From Zygophlyctis sp. KS116 (taxonomy: Eukaryota > Fungi > Chytridiomycota), in NCBI GenBank assembly GCA_054661495.1, contig BAAFSQ010000212.1, forward strand, positions 1-17,355: DNA of 17,355 bases. Direction: 5' to 3'. The notes below the pieces were generated by a model, which saw only the letters and a program-made list of their open reading frames with translations, had not been told where the DNA came from and searched no databases. Of the stretch, positions 10,302-17,355 are shown in pieces. Every line of letters begins with the position of its first letter. The first letter of the stretch is position 1. The translations under genes were made by a program, and so were the position numbers.

Positions 10302-11579
10302 ATGAATCGACTGTTCAAGACCAGGACTATGACTATCGATAAGACCGCTAGAGAATTTCATGAGCCTCCCATAAAAGTTATCAGGGCTGTTTCGGACTTT
10401 GCTTCTGATGACAACTCTAAGCTACTATCATTTGCTAGAGGTGACTATTTCTATGTCACATCTTTTGATTTGAAAACTCCCAACTTATACTATGTAGTAA
10501 ATCCACTTACTAATGTATCTGGGACAGTCGAGGCAAAGTATTTTGAATATGTCGAAAGGAAAATGCAGGCTCAGAGCAATCCTATTTCACCGCCATTCAA
10601 TGATGATGCTTCGAGTAACTATGGAACTGTCACTAGATCTGAATATCCAGGTGTTTCTCGCAGAAGGACCAAATCAAAGGCATTTGATTCAAACAGTGTA
10701 TTCAATGGATCATCCAATCAAAGCATTAGAACTGGTGTCAGTAGGAAAAGAAGTACTGCATCAGTTCGAACATACAATTCCATGATTTCCCCCGTAGAGC
10801 CCCATGGGAACTATCTGTCAAGTTCTATTCCTTCTTTTAGAGAAGAAACGTTAACAGATAGTTCGTTTATTCCTCAACCCATAGAAGATCAACATCTTAT
10901 AAACAATATAGGGGATAAAGCTATCGATATGGATCCATCATCTAAATTTAACTTATCACAAATTGAATATATAACTGTTTTGGAAAAATCGAATGATAAA
11001 TATTCAATTATTCTCACAGGTGAAGATGGCAAATCTAGAATGATTACAAGGTCATTTGATGAAATCTACTCATTCCATCTTCAGCTACTCTCAGAGCATA
11101 CAGGAGAATATCTTTCACCCAGAATCATTCCATTTCTTTCAATTCCCTCAAAACATGTAGGAAATCGCAATACAGCACAAGAATTGGAAAACTATCTTAT
11201 TGAGTCTAAATGCCTTCCTGGGTCAATTTTGAATTCTAAACTATGGATAGAGTTTTTGAAGATGAGAGATGGAGACCAAGAATTAGAAGAATCACAGATA
11301 GTAGATGATGATGCAGTTTGGGATTTTCTATTGGACTATAGCAAGCCTACATCAGTCAAAATTAAAATTTCCATCTCTAATGGAAATACTTACTCATTCA
11401 AAACTGAAAAAAATTGTACCCTTCGAAATATGCTAAAGTCTCTTGAATCCAAATTAAATCATGAAATGGCAGATTTATATTATTGGAATGAAAATAGGCA
11501 AATGTCTAAAATTCAGGGTGATCAAGATCTTCAGCTATTGTTTCGGACATGCCCTAATCCAAGATTATATTCAAAATAG
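10302..11579 (+). CDS. Bem1/Scd2-like polarity scaffold (single SH3 - low-complexity linker - PX - PB1), 425 aa, apparently intronless
   Basis: KVIRAVSDF...LSFARGDYFYV...NPLTNVSGTVEAKYFE matches the Bem1 first-SH3 pattern. ITRSFDEIYSFHLQLL...PRIIPFL...LENYL is PX-like, and VKIKI...LYY...IQGDQDL is PB1-like. Confidence 0.8.
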   Translation: MNRLFKTRTMTIDKTAREFHEPPIKVIRAVSDFASDDNSKLLSFARGDYFYVTSFDLKTPNLYYVVNPLTNVSGTVEAKYFEYVERKMQAQSNPISPPFNDDASSNYGTVTRSEYPGVSRRRTKSKAFDSNSVFNGSSNQSIRTGVSRKRSTASVRTYNSMISPVEPHGNYLSSSIPSFREETLTDSSFIPQPIEDQHLINNIGDKAIDMDPSSKFNLSQIEYITVLEKSNDKYSIILTGEDGKSRMITRSFDEIYSFHLQLLSEHTGEYLSPRIIPFLSIPSKHVGNRNTAQELENYLIESKCLPGSILNSKLWIEFLKMRDGDQELEESQIVDDDAVWDFLLDYSKPTSVKIKISISNGNTYSFKTEKNCTLRNMLKSLESKLNHEMADLYYWNENRQMSKIQGDQDLQLLFRTCPNPRLYSK

Positions 11580-11612
11580 AATTCCGCCAAGATACATTGA
11601 AATTTGTTTCTT

Positions 11613-12379
11613 ATGCGAGCCTTAGTATTGATTATGTGTTTGATTGAGTGCATGCTTGCTCAAAATGAAGCGTCATTTCAGTTTGCAACCGTCACAAGTA
11701 CGTCGGCACTTGCACAATCCACGCAAACGCAAACGGACCCATTACTTGAGGGAAATATTTTGACGAATAATGCAGGTATAAATGCTTTAGGCATCCAAGA
11801 TGCTTCTCAAATTAGCTGCACTCCAGGAGTATTGATTGGAACTTTTGATTTCATTGGTATATTTAGCGCATTTATCAATAGTCCCAAACGCAACAAGCAT
11901 TTTTGTATCTGGTATAAACGTTAATATTACATGGGGATACTCACAATACGTTACAATTGTAAGTTTTAAATACCTAATATTAAGATGCCCAATGAAATTG
12001 AAATTAAATACGCTTCATTATCAAATTCAAAGAGCAACAGTTGGAACACAATCGCAACAATCAATGGATCACTTAGCTACTATGTCTGGACGATTCCTCA
12101 AGGATCTGCAACAGATCAATTTGTAATCAGACTAGTCCCAGAGTAAGTTTTTATTATTTATTTACGTCAAGTCGTAAAGAGACTGCATATAAAGTTGGGT
12201 ATGTAGGCACACCCCATTGTTTCGCTGATGGCATGGTCACTCCTTCTAGTAGTAACCCCTTCAAGATTGTTACAAATATACCTTTGATAACTAGTCCGGA
12301 CGCCTTCGGTCCTAGATCAAGAGGACATGATCATTTTCTCCAATCTCTTGTTATTCTAATTGTAATTTTGATTCTCTAA
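11613..12379 (+). CDS. Small secreted, probably GPI-anchored cell-surface protein (Ser/Thr-rich, beta-sandwich-like), 228 aa; exons 11613-11856, 11882-11958, 11985-12142, 12172-12379
   Basis: Signal peptide MRALVLIMCLIECMLA. GT-AG introns of 25, 26 and 29 nt give 687 nt in frame. The VNITW...YVWTIP pattern resembles fungal Kre9/Knh1-like Ser-Thr-rich GPI domains (tentative). The C-terminus is hydrophobic (LQSLVILIVILIL-stop). Confidence 0.8.
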
Positions 12380-12420
12380 AAAGAATCATTTCCATATTTT
12401 ATTATTATCCTAAAATGAAT

Positions 12421-13264
12421 CTAATCCCGATCATCAAAGCGTCCACTTGCTTCAGGAGAGCGTGATACACGACGTCTTGGAGGGGAGTCATCATCACGAC
12501 GTCTTGGAGGAGAATCATCACGACGTCTAGGAGGAGAATCATCACGACGTCTTGGGGGAGATCTGTCGCGATAGGACCTTTCCATTCCGTCTCTTGGGGG
12601 AGGTGCTTCACCCCTTTTAACAGTGATACGGCTTCCATTGTAATCGTAATCATCAAAGAGACGGATGGCTTCCTCCATGTCCTTTTCATTAGAAAAATCT
12701 ACAGTACTAAACTTTAATCAAAAACATAATACCCATCACCTTCTCGGTTTACATCAGTATATTGTACTTCACCGGCTTTTCTCATCAAGTCTTTTAAGTC
12801 CTAAAGTTTAGCAACCAAAAGCCAAAGGAATCCAAAGGGTATCCTGGTTAGATCCTACCTGCCATGAAGTACGGTGAGGGAGTCCCAAAACTTTAAGTCT
12901 AAAGCTTTAATTTGAAAGAAAATACCTGAATTCTCCAGTTGATCTTGCTGGACGATCAAAACGACGACGAGGACGAGCGTCTGGTGAATAATTTCTCGGA
13001 CGTCGTTCACGATCACCTTTTGCAGCTTCACAAATGATTCTAAAGTTTAATTCTTTAAAATCACCTTTCACCCATGAATCTTGAATTATCCAATTCCCGG
13101 GCAGCATCCTTTGCATCTCGGGCATCTTCAAATTCCACAAAAGCATATCCAGTTAGCAATCGGACATCTCTAACTCTCCCAAATTCACCGACTAGCTTGT
13201 CCACATCTCTCTGATCAGCATCTCTAGGTAAACGTCCCAAGTAAATTCGATTAAAGGAAGACAT
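12421..13264 (-). CDS. srp2: SR-family splicing factor (Srp2 / SRSF4-5-6-like; RRM + pseudo-RRM + Arg-rich tail), 235 aa; exons 13264-13065, 13039-12926, 12898-12859, 12800-12733, 12706-12421
   Basis: RRM1 RIYLGRL...GYAFVEFEDARDAKDA and RRM2 signature TSWQ|DLKDLMRKAGEV. GT-AG introns of 25, 27, 58 and 26 nt give 708 nt in frame. Confidence 0.92.
12469..12563 (-). repeat. Coding tandem repeat, 4 x about 24 nt, encoding SPPRRR(DD)
   Basis: RSPPRRRD DSPPRRRD DSPPRRRD DDSPPRRRV; on the plus strand the unit ACGACGTCT(T/A)GG recurs four times. Confidence 0.9.
12801..12858 (-). other. 58-nt GT-AG intron at the SWQ|DLKD junction of the SR gene
   Basis: CAG|GTAGGA...GCTAAACTTTAG|GAC, phase 0. Confidence 0.9.
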
Positions 13265-13396
13265 TGGAAAAAAAACTAGGGCGCAAAGAGAAATTTGCTG
13301 TTTTTCACCTAAAATTGTTGGGCCCCTGCCTAGTACCAATGGCCTGAACAGTAGCTCACGTTTATCTAAAATCCTTTATAAATCTTGCAAATCTAT

Positions 13397-14322
13397 TCAA
13401 ATCTGTGTCACTGGAGAATATGTCGGCGATCTAATTAATAAAATTTTAAAATTCTTACGTTGGCTTATAATATGATGGATCCAAATCAGAATTCTGATAA
13501 TATCTTGGAGATTTACTACTTCTAAATTCATTTCTTTCACTTGATTCAGAAGGACTATACATGGGAGATCTGTCACGAACTGATCTTGATCTTCCACGAT
13601 CAGTTGAAGCACTATCACTAGATGAAACTTTTCTCTTTTTTTCAATAGGAGCTTGATTCACTTGAATTTGAGAATTTTCATAAAATATTGTCGGAACAGG
13701 TATATAAAGAGGCTTTTCCTTTGGAAATGATTTGATTAAATCTAAAAATGGCGTCAAATCATTTTGAGTAGATGCATATCGTGAAATTAAAGCATTGATC
13801 CTATCGTCTCTTCTTAAAGACCATTGTAATATAATTACTGCCTTTTCTTCATTTTGAAATGGTGGAATTGCATTTTCAACTAATTTAGTGACATACTCTA
13901 ATGAAATGTTTTCAACATTAAATTCCTTTTGGAAAATTACAGATTTCCAAATTCCATAAAAACTAATCTTTATATAATTGAATTTACCGTTTATAGCATT
14001 CCTTGACAATGCAAGATAATCCTAAATGAATCGCATTACGAAATGTATCTAGATATGCAGCTTCAATGAACAATCCTTCCTGAAATCCCAAGGCAAGGCC
14101 TTCTTCTTGAATGTACATATGAACCAGACAGTCGGTAAACTTTGTCGGAACGGGCAGATCAATAGAAATCGAATCTTGATTCAAATCTCTTTTAGAAAAG
14201 AATGGATAGCGACTCAAGTATTCCCGATGGGCTGCAAAATGAAACTTGCCTATTATTATGGTTATATTGGTTGTGTCAGAATATAAATCCTCCAATGCAG
14301 AGAGTCCAGATCTTAAATTCAT
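13397..14322 (-). CDS. BTB/POZ-like domain protein with basic NLS-like and RS/SP-rich tail, 290 aa; exons 14322-13988, 13962-13459, 13430-13397
   Basis: N-terminal TNITIIIGKFHFAAHREYLSRYPFF...ISIDLP..FTDCLVHMY...NAIHLG fits a BTB pattern. A 25-nt intron (13963-13987) joins the two ORFs. A 28-nt GTAAGA..TTAG intron (13431-13458) adds a last exon; without it the protein stops at 13455. Confidence 0.75.
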
Positions 14323-14336
14323 ATACGGCCCTAAAT

Positions 14337-16496
14337 CTATGATCCAAGATACCCCAAGAGTTGCTTCTTATGGATCAGTCCTGCAAATTTGCCACTGTCA
14401 ACAATCACTAGAGTCTTGATGCCAAGTTTTACAAATAATTCTAAAACTAGTTCAAGAGAACTTGCAGATGATACCATCAAGGGCGATTCATCCATCCACG
14501 ATGATAAGTCAAAGACTTGTTTATCAGAGGGACAACCATTAGACACTGATATTCGTTGATATACCCAATCATTATTTTCCTGACGAATCATGTAGAGTGC
14601 ATGCTCTAAATCAGATTGGCAAATATAGCCTTTGAATAAATCATCTTGTATAATTGGAAATCCTCCATCTTCACTAGGAAAGCGGTATTTAAGATCTTTC
14701 AGTTTTAACTCCAATTCATAAAAAGAATAGATTTTTCCCATCTGAATAATAGGAACTGAGACTTCCATAACTGTAGAGAGTGAGATATTGATTAATTGTG
14801 GCTTTTTATGATGCAAATATGGATATTCTAAGAGTCTTATACATGTGTCATATATAGAATCTCTTTCGATAGCATCTGAAACCCATTTAGATATCATGAT
14901 AGATATCATTAAAGGAACAACATATTTTAATGATCCAGTAATCTCAAACATGATTATGATAAGAGAAACAGACATTCTAGTGACTCCTTTCTATTATCTA
15001 TTTTAATTTACCTGATATTGTAGAAGCGGCTCCTACCATTGCATAAATTGCAGGTTCTATTTTTACATCAAAATTAGTTGCCATATTCTGTGCTAAAATA
15101 GCAATTATTCGTCCACTAACTTTAGTCGCATAATAAATTACCCCAATGCTCCAACTACCATTGATGGGACAAATATTCCACCAGGAAGGTGAATTCCAAA
15201 AGTTATAATCATTAAAAATGCCTTTATGATCCAGCTGATGCATAAAACACCAAATTTATCATTCTGCATTTCACAGAATAGATTCGATGTTTCAGGAGTA
15301 CATTCAGAGAAAAGAAAAGTGATAAGCTCACTATTGCTAATCTGATTGAAGGGTAGAGTATATGACAAAATTGATGTGATGGCTGCAACAATGAATACAC
15401 GAAAGAATTTGAAGTAGATTCCTTTTGTTTTTTCAAACTTTTGAATCAGTCTACATGCTATAATGAAAAATGCACCAAATAGACCTCCTAGAAATCCAAT
15501 CAGAACAAAAAAAGTTATATCAAAAGTGTGCCAATCTGAATCTATATTACTTTCAAAAAGTAAAAGAGATTTATGCGGACTTATAAATTTAAGCGTAATA
15601 ATAGAAATCAGCGCACAATAAAAACTCCTCCACATTGTTTTTGAGGGAAAATAGTACGATACTTCTTCCAAAGAAAACAAAACTCCACCAATTGGAGCAC
15701 CAAAAGCAACTGAAACACCAGCAGCAGATGCAGCACTCAATATTTCTCTCCTTTTTCCATCATTTAAATTGTATTTTGAGCAGATTCTAGAGACAACATT
15801 GCCAATACAACATGAAATATGAACTATAGGCCCTTGTTGACCAATCATAAGTCCTGATGAAACTGCCAAAATTAAAGATAAACTTTTAATTATAAGAGTT
15901 TGCAATCCTAGACAACCTCTAATTACAAAACCACCTAAAATTGTTTTAACTTGAGGAATCCCTGATCCTGAAGAATAGTAATACGTCCTTGACTCTGAAT
16001 GATATGCAGCAGCCGTTACTAATATTGAAGCAACAAGTGATAAGAATATTGCAGTAATTACATGAACAATTGGAGCAAAATCTTGATTAACCCAATAAAC
16101 CCATTCTTTACAATCCCTTGACAAACAACAAGATAATTTACTTTGTCTCCAATCATGAATACAATATCCAGATCTTATATCTGTAAGCCAATTAATACTT
16201 TGATAGATAAACGAAGCCGTTATTCCAGTTAATATACCAACAATTGTTAGTACAATCCATGCCTGAGCAGCATCAAATTTTCTATCAAAGAATCCAGCAT
16301 TCGAAAGACTTGAGAGTCTTATTTTATCCTTTATAATATCATGCAACCAGTCTATAGTAGTATAATCATTATACCAAGTACGCCGAATACTTTGTATTTC
16401 TGGATCGTAAGTAAATCTCTTACTAGTCCAAACACTTAACGGCCTCCCATGACTCCCTTGTTGTAAAAGCGGACAACTCTCTAAAGACTCTTTCAT
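14337..16496 (-). CDS. CLC-family anion channel/transporter (ClC-3/4/5, Gef1-like) with two C-terminal CBS domains, 702 aa; exons 16496-15142, 15115-15012, 14986-14337
   Basis: Motifs YTTIDW, GSGIPQVKTILGG, GQQGP, AAGVSVAFGAPIGGVLFSLEEVSYYF, PGGIFVPSMVVGA, G|VTRMSVSLIIIMFEITG, SIYD, YPYL, GFPII and CBS-like repeats. Introns of 26 and 25 nt give 2109 nt in frame. Confidence 0.95.
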
Positions 16497-16658
16497 TCTT
16501 TCCAGTAATAGAATTCTATTTTTAGAACCGGAAATGACAGCTCAGCGCCGCTAAAACTTAATCTATCGCAAATCTCTCTTATCAGCCATCACTTATCAAT
16601 CAAATCCTCAATAAATCTCAAAAAAACTAATAGAAAGAATACCATTTCTTATAAAACC

Positions 16659-17116
16659 TTACATGAGGCCAATCTAACTTTTTAGTATTTTAAAATTACC
16701 TTGTTTGCAACATCCATTGCATCAGCATCTGCAGTTAATCTAACATAAGCCTTCTTATTTCCATCCGGTCTAATAAGAGTATTAATCTTTAACGCATCAA
16801 CATCATACAGTCTCTTGACTGCTTCTTCAATCTGCTTTTTATTTGCACGAATGTCACAGATAAAGACCAAAGTGTTATCATCTTCAATTTTCTTCATTGC
16901 AGATTCCGTATTCAAAGGATGTTTGATGATCTTGTGAGCATCCAAAGTTGGTTTCTTTGGAACGGCTCTTCTTGGATATTTAGGAACTCTAGATAATTTC
17001 AAAGTTTTTGGAAGATGAAAGTGAGTTTTAGTTCTAATCTTTTTTGTAACTTTAAAAGTTCCTTTTAGAGCTGCCTTTTTAGCATTCTGGGCCTTGACTG
17101 TTTCTTTTCCTGCCAT
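16659..17116 (-). CDS. RPL25: 60S ribosomal protein uL23 (yeast L25 / metazoan L23a), 143 aa; exons 17116-16700, 16673-16659
   Basis: [51 protein letters not shown] 26-nt intron (16674-16699) restores the conserved C-terminus DVANK|IGLM. Confidence 0.97.
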
Positions 17117-17355
17117 TTGAAAAAATAAATTTGTGGCTTATTCCTGATCTCTTGTCCTATAAAATCTACATTGTGACCTTTACTATGCAACTTTTCCCCC
17201 TTACTGACCTATGCTTGTGTCACAGACATAAATTTTGCTCATGATCCATAAACTTTCGGACAATCATTATAAGTATCTACCACATTGATCAGCATTATAA
17301 GCATTCTTTTCACTGCCTTATTATCGATTTAAAAAAATATGATGTTTGTGCCTCA

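Noticed and set aside
1544-15436. Short overlapping or antisense ORFs (e.g. 1544-1777, 1867-2064, 2563-2745, 5327-5527, 5909-6286, 8693-9028, 9057-9377, 9122-9346, 10513-10785, 12405-12689, 15224-15436)
   Set aside because: These are shadow frames of well-supported genes, with no recognisable motifs; several arise from repetitive or biased codon usage.
553-16699. Fragmented ORFs as pseudogenes, programmed frameshifts or an alternative genetic code
   Set aside because: Every break is bridged by a GT/GC-AG segment whose removal restores the frame, and usually a family motif. TAA, TAG and TGA all serve as true stops.
553-17116. Functional gene cluster or operon
   Set aside because: The products are functionally unrelated (helicase, hydrolase, polarity scaffold, splicing factor, transporter, ribosomal protein), so proximity is explained by genome compaction.
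17241-17355. Start of a + strand gene with a 29-nt intron (17273-17301) between CATTATAAG direct repeats
   Set aside because: The spliced frame from ATG 17241 stops after a few codons and the window ends, so it cannot be supported.

Overview
This is a eukaryotic, fungus-like window, not a prokaryotic one. It is AT-rich, uses the standard genetic code and is extremely gene-dense. The fragmented ORF track is explained by spliceosomal introns. By hand I reconstructed 10 complete protein-coding genes: a Pif1 helicase (-), TTC5 (-), a 993-aa coiled-coil protein (+), a secreted GH3 beta-glycosidase with a PA14 insert (+), a Bem1/Scd2-like SH3-PX-PB1 scaffold (+), a small secreted and probably GPI-anchored protein (+), an Srp2/SRSF4-6-like SR protein (-), a BTB protein (-), a CLC anion transporter (-) and ribosomal protein uL23/L25 (-). 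They contain 27 introns; 24 are only 24-29 nt and the outliers are 52, 58 and 226 nt. Stop-to-start spacers between same-strand genes are as short as 14-33 nt. A Bem1-like gene together with TTC5 suggests an early-diverging (zoosporic, chytrid-like) fungus, which is an inference. Five observations stand out: (1) a tiny-intron system in which proximal AGs are repeatedly skipped; (2) a 226-nt TTC5 intron with mutually exclusive pairings that could mask or free its own 5' splice site; (3) a CLC with a natural Glu-to-Gln change at the gating glutamate; (4) an enlarged GGA-containing intron at the SWQ|DLKD junction of the SR gene; (5) a splicing-dependent Pol II CTD-like tail on the BTB protein. 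All splice models are inferred from frame restoration and family motifs, without transcript data.
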